Source: Acidimicrobiia bacterium (GTDB lineage: Bacteria > Actinomycetota > Acidimicrobiia > Spongiisociales > ZC4RG35). From it: a stretch of DNA of 64,000 nt. Shown piece after piece: positions 1-10,963 of the stretch. A model generated the notes under the pieces. The model worked only from the letters and a program-made list of their open reading frames with translations, was not told the DNA's origin and searched no databases. Numbering within the stretch: position 1 is the first letter of the stretch; every line of letters begins with the position of its first letter. A program made the translations under genes and the position numbers. Location of the stretch: positions 508-64,507 of the forward strand of contig JBBDHV010000059.1 in the NCBI GenBank assembly GCA_040880725.1. The letters run 5' to 3'.

Positions 1-3000
1 GTCGTGATCGTCGCCGGGGAGACCGGCTCCGGAAAGAGCACTCAACTGCCCAAGCTCTGTCTGGAGTTGGGGCGAGGCGTCGCAGGATTCGTCGGCCAGA
101 CCCAACCTCGCCGGATCGCCGCCCGCACGATCGCCGAGCGGGTGGCATCGGAGTTGGACACATTGGTCGGGGGCGCCGTGGGCTACGCCATGCGTTTCAC
201 CGACACCGTCGCCGAGAACACGCTCGTGAAGGTGATGACCGATGGCTTGCTGCTGGCGGAGATCCAGGGAGATCGGCGTTTGTCCGCCTACGACACGATC
301 ATCGTCGACGAGGCTCACGAGCGGAGCCTCAACATCGACTTCTTGCTGGGGTACCTCAAACAGCTCTGCCAGGAGCGGGACGACCTGAAGGTGATCGTGA
401 CCTCGGCGACCATCGACACCGCCCGCTTCGCCAGACACTTCGGGGATGCCCCGGTCGTCGAGGTCTCCGGTCGCACCTACCCGGTCGAGATCCGATATCG
501 CGAGCCGGTCGACGACGACGGTCAGCCGATGGAACAGCCCGACGCGATCTGTCGTGCGGTACGTGAGCTGACGACCCTCGGCACCGGCGACATTCTCGTG
601 TTCTGCTCCGGCGAACGCGAGATCCGCGACGCCGCGGACGCCCTCGGCGAGATACGCCTGCCGAACACCGAGATCGTGCCGTTGTACGCCCGGCTGTCCT
701 CCGCCGAGCAGCACCGCGTCTTCGCTCCACACACCGGTCGACGGATCGTGCTGGCGACCAACGTGGCAGAGACCTCGTTGACCGTTCCCGGGGTGCGGTA
801 TGTCGTCGATCCCGGCACGGCACGTGTCTCTCGGTACAGCCGCCGCACCAAGGTCCAGCGTCTCCCGATCGAACCGATCAGCCAAGCCTCGGCCGACCAG
901 CGAGCAGGCCGATGCGGTCGTATCGGTCCCGGTGTCTGCATTCGGCTGTACACCGAGGACGACTATCTGGCCCGCCCGCGGTTCACCGAGCCCGAGATCC
1001 TCCGGACGAACCTGGCGTCGGTGATGCTGCAGATGGCGGCAGCGGGGCTGGGCGACATCGCCGGCTTTCCGTTTCTCGACCCGCCTGATTCCCGATCAGT
1101 GCGTGACGGCCTGGACCTCCTCGACGAATTGGGAGCCGTAGAGTCGGGGACAGAGCCGGTGCGACTCACCTCGACCGGACGAACGCTCGCGAAGATCCCT
1201 GCGGACCCTCGGGTGGCGCGGATGCTGGTCGCCGCCGCCGAGGCCGATTGTCTCGCGGACGTCCTCGTGATCGCAGCCGGTCTCTCGATCATCGACCCTC
1301 GCGAGCGGCCGACCGGACTGGAGGCGAAGTCCGATGCCCTCCATGCTCGGTTTCACGCCCCGGGATCCGACCTTCTCGGCTGGCTGCTGGTCTGGAAGTA
1401 CGTGAACGAGAAGCGTCGGGAACTCTCGTCGAGTCAGTTCCGGAAACTGTGCCGCGACGAGTTCCTCAACCATCGGCGTGTTCGGGAGTGGCAGGACATC
1501 CACAGCCAGCTGCGGCGAGTGTGTTCCGAAGCAGGCGTGCGCGGTTCCGGGAGAAATGCCGACCCCGACGTCGTCCACCGCGCGCTGCTCGCGGGACTTC
1601 TCTCCCATGTCGGACGCAAAGTTCCCGACGGCTACGAGTATCGGGGTTCGCGGGGGGCCCGTTTTGCGATCGCCCCCGGATCGGTCCTGTTCAAGCAGGC
1701 ACCCGAGTGGGTCATGGCGACCGACCTCATCGAGACATCGCGGCTGTGGGCGAGAGGAGTCGCGAGGATCGACCCGGCCTGGATCGAATCGGTCGGCGCA
1801 CACCTCGTCACCCGGACCTTTTCGGACCCCTGGTGGGACGAGTCCAGGGGAGCGGCAATGGCGTATGAGACGGTCAGTCTCTACGGGGTCCCGGTCGTGA
1901 CGGGCAGGCAGCTGCAATACGGTCGGATCGACCCGCCGGTCGCCCGTGCGCTCCTCATCCGCCATGCGCTCGTCGCGGGCGACTGGGACAGCCATCACGC
2001 CTTCGCCGCGCACAACTCACGTGTGCTCGGCGACGTCGAAGACCTCGAAGCACGCTTTCGATCCGATCTCAGGGTGGACGACGACACGCTCGTCGCGTTC
2101 TTCGACCAACGCATTCCCGACGACGTGGTATCCGTTCGGCACTTCGACGCCTGGTGGCGGAAAGTGGTCGGCCACGACCCGCACCGCCTCGACCTCTCGC
2201 TCGAAGATGTCATCGTTCCCGAGGCGGATCGACTCGACACCGGGGATTTCCCCGACGAATGGCATCACGGGGACGTCGTTGCCCCGATCCACTACACATA
2301 CGAGCCCGGCAGTGACGTCGACGGCGTGATCATCGACGTCCCCGCGGCAGGACTGGACCGTCTCGACCCGTCGGTGTTCGAGTGGCATGTCCCCGGACAC
2401 CGCGAGGAACTGGTGACGTCGCTGATTCGATCGCTGCCGAAGCAAATACGCAAAGAGTTCCTCCCCGTCAAGGAGACGGCCGCGCGGGTGCTGGCGTCGC
2501 CACCGGCAGGAGGGCTGCTCGATCACGTCAGGCGCGAACTCTCCCGGTTCAGTGGGCTGTCCATCGTGGCGGACGACTTCGACCTGGACCGACTGCCGCC
2601 ACACCTGAAGCCGACCTTCCGGGTGATCGACGACGGGGGCGGTGTCCTGGCGGTCGGGGACGATCTGGCGGAGTTGCGGTCCGCCCTCCGGTCGGAGGCT
2701 CGCGACGCCGTCACTGGGGAATCCCACCCGATCGAACAGTCCGGGCTGAGGAAGTGGCAGTTCGGGGATCTGCCCCGAACGATCCGTGTGCGTGGCCCTC
2801 ACAGCGCGGTCACCGCCTACCCGTCGTTGGTGGACGACGGCGAGTCCGTGGCGATTCGGGTGTTGGCGACAGCCGACGAACAAGCCGAGTCGATGTGGTT
2901 CGGGACGCGGCGTCTGCTGACGCTGCGGGCCCGAAACGCCGCCTCGGTCGTGAACCCGTTGCTGACCCCGCAAGCCAAGGCGGACCTCCAACTGGGCCCG

Positions 3001-3594
3001 CATGCGGCGACGGTCGACTGGATCGCCGATTGTGTCGAGTGTGCCGCCGACGCCGTGCTCTCCGACCTCGGCGGGCCGGTGTGGACGGAAGAGGAGTTCG
3101 CCCGCCTGGGACGGCAGGCGGACGGGCGGATGGCACAACGCGTCTCGGAAATCGCGGCGGCATCACTGGACGTGTTCGCGGCCCTCCGCGACCTGCAGAT
3201 CGAGGTGAACGCCTCCGACGCGCCCCTCTTCGCCGAGGCGGTTGCCGACATCCGAGCCCAGGTCGTCCGTCTGGTGTATCCAGGGTTCCTCGCCGCGATC
3301 GGACCGAGCCGCATCCGTGACGTGGAACGCTATCTGCGGGGGATGATCTGGAGATTGCAGCGACTTGCGGAGCGGCCAGAACGCGACACCGAGCACCTGG
3401 GGATCATCGACACGCTGGAACGGGAGCACGCTCGGCTCATGGAGTCGATTCGGGTCGGTCCGGAACTGATCGAAGTCGGATGGATGCTCCAGGAACTCCG
3501 GATCTCGTACTTCGCGCAGCCGCTGGGGACGAAAGGACGGGTGAGCGCCAAGCGCATCGGGGCCGCATTGCGGGCGGCGGAGTTGGCCGTCTGA
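1..3594 (+). CDS. hrpA: ATP-dependent RNA helicase HrpA (DEAH-box), 5' end cut by window edge
   Basis: Frame is open to base 1. Translation starts inside motif I (GETGSGKST), then IIVDEAHERS (DEAH), TSAT, and a long HA2/OB/HrpA-type C-terminal region. Stop at 3592-3594. Confidence 0.93.
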   Translation, partial: VVIVAGETGSGKSTQLPKLCLELGRGVAGFVGQTQPRRIAARTIAERVASELDTLVGGAVGYAMRFTDTVAENTLVKVMTDGLLLAEIQGDRRLSAYDTIIVDEAHERSLNIDFLLGYLKQLCQERDDLKVIVTSATIDTARFARHFGDAPVVEVSGRTYPVEIRYREPVDDDGQPMEQPDAICRAVRELTTLGTGDILVFCSGEREIRDAADALGEIRLPNTEIVPLYARLSSAEQHRVFAPHTGRRIVLATNVAETSLTVPGVRYVVDPGTARVSRYSRRTKVQRLPIEPISQASADQRAGRCGRIGPGVCIRLYTEDDYLARPRFTEPEILRTNLASVMLQMAAAGLGDIAGFPFLDPPDSRSVRDGLDLLDELGAVESGTEPVRLTSTGRTLAKIPADPRVARMLVAAAEADCLADVLVIAAGLSIIDPRERPTGLEAKSDALHARFHAPGSDLLGWLLVWKYVNEKRRELSSSQFRKLCRDEFLNHRRVREWQDIHSQLRRVCSEAGVRGSGRNADPDVVHRALLAGLLSHVGRKVPDGYEYRGSRGARFAIAPGSVLFKQAPEWVMATDLIETSRLWARGVARIDPAWIESVGAHLVTRTFSDPWWDESRGAAMAYETVSLYGVPVVTGRQLQYGRIDPPVARALLIRHALVAGDWDSHHAFAAHNSRVLGDVEDLEARFRSDLRVDDDTLVAFFDQRIPDDVVSVRHFDAWWRKVVGHDPHRLDLSLEDVIVPEADRLDTGDFPDEWHHGDVVAPIHYTYEPGSDVDGVIIDVPAAGLDRLDPSVFEWHVPGHREELVTSLIRSLPKQIRKEFLPVKETAARVLASPPAGGLLDHVRRELSRFSGLSIVADDFDLDRLPPHLKPTFRVIDDGGGVLAVGDDLAELRSALRSEARDAVTGESHPIEQSGLRKWQFGDLPRTIRVRGPHSAVTAYPSLVDDGESVAIRVLATADEQAESMWFGTRRLLTLRARNAASVVNPLLTPQAKADLQLGPHAATVDWIADCVECAADAVLSDLGGPVWTEEEFARLGRQADGRMAQRVSEIAAASLDVFAALRDLQIEVNASDAPLFAEAVADIRAQVVRLVYPGFLAAIGPSRIRDVERYLRGMIWRLQRLAERPERDTEHLGIIDTLEREHARLMESIRVGPELIEVGWMLQELRISYFAQPLGTKGRVSAKRIGAALRAAELAV

Positions 3595-3639
3595 CATCAC
3601 GGATCGCCGTTGTCGCGGCGGCGTGTCATGCTGGCGGCA

Positions 3640-4470
3640 GTGCCTGAACTTCCCGAAGTCGAGACCACCCGCCGTTCGATCGCCCCCGCCCTGGAGGGCC
3701 GTCGGCTCACCCGCGTCGAAGTGCGCCGCGACCGGATGGCCCGCCGCCACGAGCGGCCCACCGACGTCTCGGAGCGGCTCACCGGACGCACCGTGGGGAA
3801 GGTGGGCCGTGTCGGGAAATTCATCGTTGCCGACGTCGAAGACGACCTGCGCTGGGTGATACACCTCGGGATGTCCGGAAAGATGCAACTCACCGTGCCG
3901 GAAACGCCGGCGGACCCCCACACGAACTTCGTGGCGACCACCGACTCCGGAGTGGAACTGCGGTTCGTCGATCCCAGAACGTTCGGCTTCGTTGCCGCCT
4001 TCACTCCCGACGAATGGGATCGCTCACCCATGAAGGGCCTCGGTCGCGACGCCCTGGACGACCTTCCGACCGGTCCCGAGCTGGCAGCGTGGCTCCGCGG
4101 CCGCGTCCCGCCGATCAAGACGATGCTCCTCGACCAGCGATTCCTTGCCGGAATCGGCAACATCTACGCCGACGAGATCCTCCATCGTGCCCGCATCGAC
4201 CCGCGCCGCCCAGCCGGGTCGCTGACACCCCCGGAGGTCGCGGCACTGCGCCGGGCAGTTCGTCCGATACTCGAGGACGGCCTGCGGCACGGGGGTACCA
4301 GCCTGGCTGATCTGCGATATCTCCTCCCGGACGGGCGGGCGGGAACATATGTCGAGCGCCTCGCCGCGTACGGCCGGACGGGCGAGCCGTGTCGTCGCTG
4401 TGGTACCCCCATCGAGAAGGTGACCATCACCCAGCGGTCGTCGCATTTCTGTCCGGAGTGTCAGAGATGA
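3640..4470 (+). CDS. mutM: Formamidopyrimidine-DNA glycosylase (Fpg/MutM)
   Basis: GTG at 3640 gives the N-terminus (M)PELPEVE with catalytic Pro2. C-terminal zinc finger CRRCGTPIEKVTITQRSSHFCPEC. The TTG at 3610 used by the ORF track is probably too far upstream. Confidence 0.92.
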   Translation: MPELPEVETTRRSIAPALEGRRLTRVEVRRDRMARRHERPTDVSERLTGRTVGKVGRVGKFIVADVEDDLRWVIHLGMSGKMQLTVPETPADPHTNFVATTDSGVELRFVDPRTFGFVAAFTPDEWDRSPMKGLGRDALDDLPTGPELAAWLRGRVPPIKTMLLDQRFLAGIGNIYADEILHRARIDPRRPAGSLTPPEVAALRRAVRPILEDGLRHGGTSLADLRYLLPDGRAGTYVERLAAYGRTGEPCRRCGTPIEKVTITQRSSHFCPECQR

Positions 4471-4742
4471 ACGCCGTCCATGCGTTCGTGTCCGGGCGCG
4501 TCCAAGGCGTCTACTACCGACAGATGACCCGCCAGGAGGCCCGGCGTGTCGGCCTGTGGGGTTGGGTCCGCAATCTGTCGGACGGTCGCGTCGAGGTGTG
4601 GGCGCAGGGCGACGAAGCCGCACTCGAAGGTTTCATCGACTGGCTGTGGCAGGGCCCGCCGCGAGCTTCGGTCAGTGGCGTGGAGTCGGTGGCGGTACCG
4701 CCTGACCCGTCGGTGCAGGACTTTCTCGTCATCAACTCCTGA
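4467..4742 (+). CDS. acyP: Acylphosphatase
   Basis: VSGRVQGVYYRQ and GWVRNLSDGRVEV acylphosphatase motifs. ATG 4467 overlaps the fpg stop (ATGA). Confidence 0.9.
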   Translation: MNAVHAFVSGRVQGVYYRQMTRQEARRVGLWGWVRNLSDGRVEVWAQGDEAALEGFIDWLWQGPPRASVSGVESVAVPPDPSVQDFLVINS

Positions 4743-4764
4743 CACCGGCGGATAACGTGTCCTG

Positions 4765-5976
4765 ATGCCGACTCGAACTCGCCTGCGATGGACCCTGTTC
4801 GCCGCGGTCGGAGCAATGAGCACCGGGTATCTCGCAGGCGTCGTCGTGTCGACGCTCGCCGCACGCCAGATCACTGGTTCCGCGTTGCTGGCCGGCGTGC
4901 CGGCGGCCGTGGGGACGATCTCCACCGCGGTCGGAACCAATCTCCTCGGCAGGCGCGTCGTCACCAAGGGGAGACGCTGGTCGCTTCTCGTCGGCATGTC
5001 CGCTGCGACGGCAGGCGGAGCGGTGGCCTTCACCGGGGTTCTCTTCGAATCGTTCACGCTGCTCGTCGCCGGCATGGGAGTGATCGGTTTCGGGAACGCC
5101 GCCGCCCATCTCGCCAGGTACACCGCAGCCGAACTCGTCGAACCGCATCGGCGGGGGAGCGCGGTGAGCATGATCGTCTGGGCGAGCACGATCGGTGCGG
5201 TCCTCGGGCCGCGTCTCCTCGACCCCAGCGGGGCGATTGCGGTCGAACTGGGGGCCGTCGAGTACGCCGGGGGCTACCTCGCCACCGTCGTCTTCATGGG
5301 CACCGCGACGCTGCTCTGCCTGGCAGCCCTTCGGCCCGACCCTTCCTCCCTCGCCATCGTCGACGAGGCCGTGGTGGCGTCACTCGACGAAGCGGTTGCG
5401 CCTTTCGGCAGGCCGCGGGTGCAGATGGCGGTGGCGGCGATGGTCATCGGACACTTCGTGATGGTGCTGATCATGACGGCGACTCCGATCCACGTCGAGA
5501 ACAGTGGCTTCGGCCTTGGCACCGTGGGCAACATCATCAGTGTCCACACGTTGGGAATGTTCGCATTCGCTCCCCTGGTGGGTCGGGTCACGGACCGAGT
5601 CGGCGCGATCCCGATGATGTGGTCCGGTGTCGGGATCCTCGTCACGGCGGGCGTCATCGCCGCCGTCGCTCCCCACGACGCCACCATGCTGTTGGGCTGG
5701 GGCCTCTTCCTGCTCGGCCTCGGATGGAACCTCGGGTTCGTCGCCGGAAGCACCCTGCTCACCGTTGCGGTCGAGCCGGAGTTGCGGCCGGTGATCCAGG
5801 GCAAGGTGGACTCGATGGTGTGGGGCGTCGGTGCGGTGGCGACCCTCAGCTCCGGAGCGCTGCTCGACGGACCCGGGTATGCCTCGACCGCCTGGATCGG
5901 GATCGCCCTGGTGGGAGGTCTCGTGTGGGTGCTCATCACTCGCCGGTCGCGGCTCGCACCCCTGCCCACGCACTGA
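4765..5976 (+). CDS. MFS-type membrane transporter
   Basis: 403 aa, hydrophobic throughout with about 12 predicted helices in two halves. Substrate not inferable. Confidence 0.75.
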   Translation: MPTRTRLRWTLFAAVGAMSTGYLAGVVVSTLAARQITGSALLAGVPAAVGTISTAVGTNLLGRRVVTKGRRWSLLVGMSAATAGGAVAFTGVLFESFTLLVAGMGVIGFGNAAAHLARYTAAELVEPHRRGSAVSMIVWASTIGAVLGPRLLDPSGAIAVELGAVEYAGGYLATVVFMGTATLLCLAALRPDPSSLAIVDEAVVASLDEAVAPFGRPRVQMAVAAMVIGHFVMVLIMTATPIHVENSGFGLGTVGNIISVHTLGMFAFAPLVGRVTDRVGAIPMMWSGVGILVTAGVIAAVAPHDATMLLGWGLFLLGLGWNLGFVAGSTLLTVAVEPELRPVIQGKVDSMVWGVGAVATLSSGALLDGPGYASTAWIGIALVGGLVWVLITRRSRLAPLPTH

Positions 5977-6099
5977 ACGGCCATGACCGGTGTTCGTACT
6001 CGGTGCTGACCCGAGCGTCGGCTAACCTCGAACGAATCACACAGGTGTAAGTCCACCAGCCGGGCCGGAGTTTCCGGGCGATCGGGCGAGGGTTTTCGA

Positions 6100-9000
6100 A
6101 TGTATCTCAAGTCGTTGAAGCTCACGGGGTTCAAATCCTTCGCGGATCGGACGCGTCTCGAGTTCCGTCCCGGAGTCACCGTGGTCGTCGGACCCAACGG
6201 GTCAGGCAAGTCGAACGTGGTGGACGCCATTGCCTGGGTGATGGGAACGCAGTCCCCGAAGGCATTGCGCACCGCCAAGATGGATGACGTCATCTTCGCC
6301 GGCACCGCTACCCGTCCTGGTCTCGGACGCGCCGAAGTCACTCTCGTCTTCGACAACAGCTCGCGGATGCTTCCGCTCGACCTGCCCGAGGTGAGCGTGA
6401 CCCGCCGTCTGTACCGCGACGGCTCGAGTGACTACGAGATCAACGGGGTGGGCTGTCGCCTGCTCGACATCCAGGAGTTGCTCAGCGACTCGGGTGTCGG
6501 GCGACACCAACACGTGATTATCGGACAGGGTCAGATCACGTCGATTCTCAACGCCACCTCCGATCAGCATCGGGCAGTCGTCGAAGAGGCGGCGGGGATC
6601 CTCAAGCACCGTGTGCGCAAGGACAAAGCCCTGCGGCGTCTCGAGCGCACCGATGCCGATGTGATCCGTCTCCGGGACCTGCTCGGCGAGATCGGCAAGC
6701 GCATGCGGCCGCTCAAGCGTCAAGCATCCGCTGCCATCCGACACTCCGAGGTGGCAGACGCGGTGCACGCGCTCAGGCTGGCGGTCGGTGCCGAGGACTT
6801 GCGTGCCATCGATCGCCGACTCGGTGAGATCACCGCAGCAGCTGCAGGTGACGAGACGACAGTTGCCGAGTCAGAAGACGCGCGCCTGGAAGTGGCAGCG
6901 AGGCTGGCCACCCTGCGCTCGGAAGCGGGTGAACTGGGCGAAGCACTCGACCGCGATTCCGCGGCCGCCGCCAAGGCCGAGACCGTGCGCGAGCGGCTGC
7001 GGCGGATCGGTCAGGTCGCCCAGGAGCGTCACCGTTCGGGCGCGGCCCGCCTCGAAGGCGCCGATGAGCGTCGCCGCGACCTGCAGGCCGAGGTGGACGA
7101 ACTCCACCGTCGCATCGCCGAGGCAGAAGCCAACGTCGCGCAGGTGGATCGCTTGGCGGCCGACGCCGAGCGGAGCTTCCGGCAGCTCGAAGACGAAGAG
7201 CGGTCGCTCACCGAGCAAGAAGAGATGTCCACCGAGGGAGCGATCGCCGTCGTCCGCGGCGACCTGCGATCGCTCGACATGGCCGACGACAGGGATCGTC
7301 GGGAACTCGAAGCGGTCGAGAGCCGGGCCGCGACGGTGCAGTCACGCATCGCCGATGAACGGGCCACCGCAGCGCGCATCAATGACGAAATCCGGGATCT
7401 CGACGCGGTCGCGACGCCGGCCCAGGAACGCTACGACGGCGCCCATACGCAACGCGCAGTCGCCCAGGAGCGGTGGGAGCAGGCAGAGACCGCGCATGCC
7501 GATGCCCGGGTCGAGGTGGTCGGAGCCACCGCCAAACGCGACGCCCTCGTCGCAGCTGCGGAGGGCCTCGCAGATGAGCACGCTCGGGCGATCGTCGAGA
7601 AGTCGGCCGGCATCGTGGGTTCGGTGGCTGCGGCCCTCGACGTCCCCGCCGAACTTGCTGCTGCAGTCGATGCCGCGCTCGGACCGTGGGCGGCCGGGGT
7701 GGTGTTCGGGGACGAAGAGAGCGTGCGCGCGGCAGTGACGTCGCTCAAGGCCGAGGGTCGGGGCGGTGTGCCGATACTCGGTCCCGGTCGGGAGACGCCC
7801 GACCGCACCGACGTTCCGGGAGCCGATCGGCTCGTCTCGCTGCTCGGACCACGCGCCGACCGCCGCCTGGCCAAGGCGTTGCTCGGTGATGTCTACGTGG
7901 TCGAAGGGTGGCAGTCAGGTCATCGGATCGCAGTCGAGCAGCCCGGGATCAGGGTGGTCACGCCCGAAGGCGACCTCATCACATTCGACGGCGTCCGGGT
8001 TGCTCAGCCGGACGGTGCGTCTCCCGCGATGATCGAGGCGGCCGAAGTCGCCCTCGAGCGAGCGGAGGTCGAACTCGCCCGCGCCGAGAGCCTGCGGGCA
8101 CAGGCGAAGAGGGCCTTCGACGATGCCCGGCAGACCGAACGCGACGCGCTCGAGACCCTCGAATCGCTCGAAGCGCGGATGGCAGGATCCACTGAGGCAC
8201 TCGCCAGGCTCGAACGCGAAGTCCAGTCGGGACTGGAAGACGCTGCGCGGCTCGCGGTCCGATCGGCGTCGTTGCGGTCCGCGATCGAAGAGCGCGTGGA
8301 TCTGGCCGCCGGTCTCCGGACCAGGCTCGACGCACTCGAAGGCGAGGAGGCCGAGCGCCAGGCTGCTTGGGAGTCGCTCGTCGAGCGACGCCGTGCGATC
8401 GGGCAGGAACGGGAGGCCGCTCGGAGTGCGTGGCAGGAACACTCGTCAGCCCTGCGTGCGGCGCAGGAACAACTCGCCATGGCGAAGCGCCGCCGAACCG
8501 AGGTCGAGCGGCTGCTGGCGGCCGATTCCGAGGTCACGGTCGATCCCGGAAGTCTCCGCCGCCTGGAGTCCATTGCAAATGCCGCACGGCAGGCGACCGA
8601 TGCGCTGGGTGTCCACCTCGAAACGCTGCGGACCCGTCAGGCGGAACTGCGGTCCCAGGCCGGGGATGCAGGCGCTCGACTCGCCGACGCCCAGCAGAGC
8701 CATGACTTGCACGCACTCCAGCTCTCAGAGGCAAAGGAGCGCCTGGGTGCGATGGCCGTCGAACGCGCCGAATTGCGGGTGCGACGCGAGCAGGTCGCCG
8801 AGCGTCTCCGACGTGATGCCGACGCCGACGAGGAGACCGCGCTGGCTGCCGCTGTCCCGGAGATGGAAGGTGACATTCGAGACGAGCTCGCAACCAGGGA
8901 AGCCGAGCTCCGCCGGATGGGTCCGGTGAATCCGCTGGCGGCGGCCGAGTACGCAGAGCTCGAGGAACGCCACGGCTTCCTCAGCGGTCAATTGGACGAC

Positions 9001-9546
9001 CTGGAAGCGTCCCGCAACGAACTGCGCAAGGTCATCGACGCCCTCGACACGGAGATTCAGACCCAGTTCCTCGCGGCGTTCGAAGAGATCGCCGAGGCGT
9101 ACGAGCGCCACTTCACGGTGCTGTTCCCGGGCGGCCGCGGCCGGCTCCGACTGACCGATCCCGAAGACCTGGCGGTGACAGGTGTTGAGATCGAGGCGCA
9201 GCCGCTCGGAAAGAAAGTCACCGCGATGTCTCTTCTCTCCGGCGGGGAGCGGTCCCTGGCGGCGTTGGCGTTCCTGTTCGCGGTCTTCGACGCTCGACCG
9301 AGTCCGTTCTACGTCCTCGATGAGGTGGAGGCTGCCCTGGACGACGCCAATCTCCATCGATTCGTGCGCCTGCTCGACGAGTTCCGCCCGAAGGCCCAGC
9401 TCGTCATCATCACCCATCAGCAGCAGACGATGGAGGCGGGGGACGTTCTCTATGGCGTCACGATGGAACCGGGCGGTTCCTCCAAGGTCGTTGCCAAGTC
9501 GATGTCCGAGGCAGCGGCGGAATTGGAAGGGGTCGGCGGTCGGTAA
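6100..9546 (+). CDS. smc: Chromosome partition protein Smc
   Basis: 1148 aa. Walker A GPNGSGKSN, long Ala/Glu/Arg coiled coils, central hinge, C-terminal LSGGERSL signature and FYVLDEVEAALD Walker B. Confidence 0.95.
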   Translation: MYLKSLKLTGFKSFADRTRLEFRPGVTVVVGPNGSGKSNVVDAIAWVMGTQSPKALRTAKMDDVIFAGTATRPGLGRAEVTLVFDNSSRMLPLDLPEVSVTRRLYRDGSSDYEINGVGCRLLDIQELLSDSGVGRHQHVIIGQGQITSILNATSDQHRAVVEEAAGILKHRVRKDKALRRLERTDADVIRLRDLLGEIGKRMRPLKRQASAAIRHSEVADAVHALRLAVGAEDLRAIDRRLGEITAAAAGDETTVAESEDARLEVAARLATLRSEAGELGEALDRDSAAAAKAETVRERLRRIGQVAQERHRSGAARLEGADERRRDLQAEVDELHRRIAEAEANVAQVDRLAADAERSFRQLEDEERSLTEQEEMSTEGAIAVVRGDLRSLDMADDRDRRELEAVESRAATVQSRIADERATAARINDEIRDLDAVATPAQERYDGAHTQRAVAQERWEQAETAHADARVEVVGATAKRDALVAAAEGLADEHARAIVEKSAGIVGSVAAALDVPAELAAAVDAALGPWAAGVVFGDEESVRAAVTSLKAEGRGGVPILGPGRETPDRTDVPGADRLVSLLGPRADRRLAKALLGDVYVVEGWQSGHRIAVEQPGIRVVTPEGDLITFDGVRVAQPDGASPAMIEAAEVALERAEVELARAESLRAQAKRAFDDARQTERDALETLESLEARMAGSTEALARLEREVQSGLEDAARLAVRSASLRSAIEERVDLAAGLRTRLDALEGEEAERQAAWESLVERRRAIGQEREAARSAWQEHSSALRAAQEQLAMAKRRRTEVERLLAADSEVTVDPGSLRRLESIANAARQATDALGVHLETLRTRQAELRSQAGDAGARLADAQQSHDLHALQLSEAKERLGAMAVERAELRVRREQVAERLRRDADADEETALAAAVPEMEGDIRDELATREAELRRMGPVNPLAAAEYAELEERHGFLSGQLDDLEASRNELRKVIDALDTEIQTQFLAAFEEIAEAYERHFTVLFPGGRGRLRLTDPEDLAVTGVEIEAQPLGKKVTAMSLLSGGERSLAALAFLFAVFDARPSPFYVLDEVEAALDDANLHRFVRLLDEFRPKAQLVIITHQQQTMEAGDVLYGVTMEPGGSSKVVAKSMSEAAAELEGVGGR

Positions 9547-9558
9547 CCTCGGTCGCCC

Positions 9559-10566
9559 ATGGATTCCCTGACGATCGTTCTCCTCGTCGCGGCGATCGTC
9601 GTCGTGGCAGGCGCCGGCTACTTCGTACTCGCCCGGCGTCGAACACCGGATTTCGAAGACCTTCCTGAGCCGCGGGCAGACGCCGTCCCCCTCGCGTCCC
9701 GACTGGGTCGAACCCGCCAGACGCTGGGAGGGTCGCTGCGGTCGGTGTTCTCGAGGGGAGACCTGGACCAGGGCTTCTGGGACGAGATGGAAGAGGCGCT
9801 CGTCGCCGCCGACGTCGGAATTGCGGCATCCCAGATCATCGTGGGGCGGATACGTGACTCCGATCCTGAGCACGCCGAGGAGGCTCGGAACCGCCTCGCG
9901 GTGGAGCTGCGGCGGATCCTCGCAGGACGCGATCGGGACCTGCATCTGTCCGGGACGCCCGCCGTCGTTCTCGTCGTCGGAGTGAACGGGACAGGCAAGA
10001 CCACATCGATCGCGAAGATCGCCGCCCGCCTTCGCGAACGAGACCTGACGCCGATTCTCGGGGCCGCCGACACGTTCCGGGCTGCGGCCGACACCCAACT
10101 CCGCATGTGGGCGGATCGTGTAGGCGTCGAAGTCGTCGGCGGTCAGTCTGGCTCGGATCCTGCGTCGGTTGCCTTCGACACGCTTGCCGCGGCTCGGGCC
10201 CGGGGACGTGACGTGGTGGTCATCGACACCGCGGGCAGGCTGCAGAACAAGAAGAACCTCATGGCCGAACTCGGAAAGATCCGGCGTGTCCTCGAGCGCG
10301 ATGCCGGACGGATCGGTGAGGTGCTGTTGGTACTGGACGCCACGGCCGGCCAGAACGGACTTGCCCAGGCCAGGGTCTTCACCGAGATCGCGGGTGTGAC
10401 GGGGATCGTCCTCACGAAGCTCGATGGGACCGCTCGGGGTGGCATCGTGATCGCAGTCGAACAGGAACTCGGGATTCCCGTGAAGTTCATCGGCGTGGGG
10501 GAGGGGATCGACGACCTGATCCCGTTCGACCCCGACGAGTTCGTCGACGCGTTGCTGGCGGAATGA
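9559..10566 (+). CDS. ftsY: Signal recognition particle receptor FtsY
   Basis: N-terminal hydrophobic anchor. NG domain motifs GVNGTGKTT, DTAGR, TKLDGTARGG. Confidence 0.93.
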   Translation: MDSLTIVLLVAAIVVVAGAGYFVLARRRTPDFEDLPEPRADAVPLASRLGRTRQTLGGSLRSVFSRGDLDQGFWDEMEEALVAADVGIAASQIIVGRIRDSDPEHAEEARNRLAVELRRILAGRDRDLHLSGTPAVVLVVGVNGTGKTTSIAKIAARLRERDLTPILGAADTFRAAADTQLRMWADRVGVEVVGGQSGSDPASVAFDTLAAARARGRDVVVIDTAGRLQNKKNLMAELGKIRRVLERDAGRIGEVLLVLDATAGQNGLAQARVFTEIAGVTGIVLTKLDGTARGGIVIAVEQELGIPVKFIGVGEGIDDLIPFDPDEFVDALLAE

Positions 10567-10952
10567 TCGGCACCGACGACCTCGTGGCACGGGCCAGGAC
10601 GGCAGCCGAAGGCGCCTACTCGCCGTATTCGAACTTCCGTGTGGGTGCCGCGGTGCTCGCGGCCGACGGGACGGTCTTCAGCAGTGCCAACATCGAGAAC
10701 GCGTCGTTTCCGGTCAGCCAGTGCGCCGAGGCCAACGCCGTGAACTACGCCGTGTCCCAGGGTCATCGCCGCATCCCGGTCGTGGCGGTGGCGTGCATCG
10801 ACGCCCCGACGGTCGACGACGCCTACCCGTGCGGACGCTGTCGCCAGATCATGTCGGAGTTCGGCGTGGAGACGATCCACGTGACCACCGCTTCCGGCGA
10901 GGTCCGCACCCACACCCTCGACGACCTCCTCCCGCACCGCTTCACCCTCTGA
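10563..10952 (+). CDS. cdd: Cytidine deaminase
   Basis: Zinc motifs CAEANA and PCGRCRQ. ATG overlaps the ftsY stop (ATGA). Confidence 0.9.
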   Translation: MIGTDDLVARARTAAEGAYSPYSNFRVGAAVLAADGTVFSSANIENASFPVSQCAEANAVNYAVSQGHRRIPVVAVACIDAPTVDDAYPCGRCRQIMSEFGVETIHVTTASGEVRTHTLDDLLPHRFTL

Positions 10953-10963
10953 CCGCCTGCCGT

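Noticed and set aside
8725-10590. 621-aa minus-strand ORF; similar long antisense ORFs at 41014..42867, 59573..61717, 53343..55547, 43881..45125, 38868..40238 and 11961..13370
   Set aside because: Each lies opposite a gene with strong, unambiguous family motifs (smc/ftsY, frr/cdsA, pnp, infB, M50 protease, rpsB/tsf, etfAB). Their translations are Arg/Pro/Gly-rich low-complexity sequence, as expected for stop-codon-poor antisense frames in high-GC DNA.
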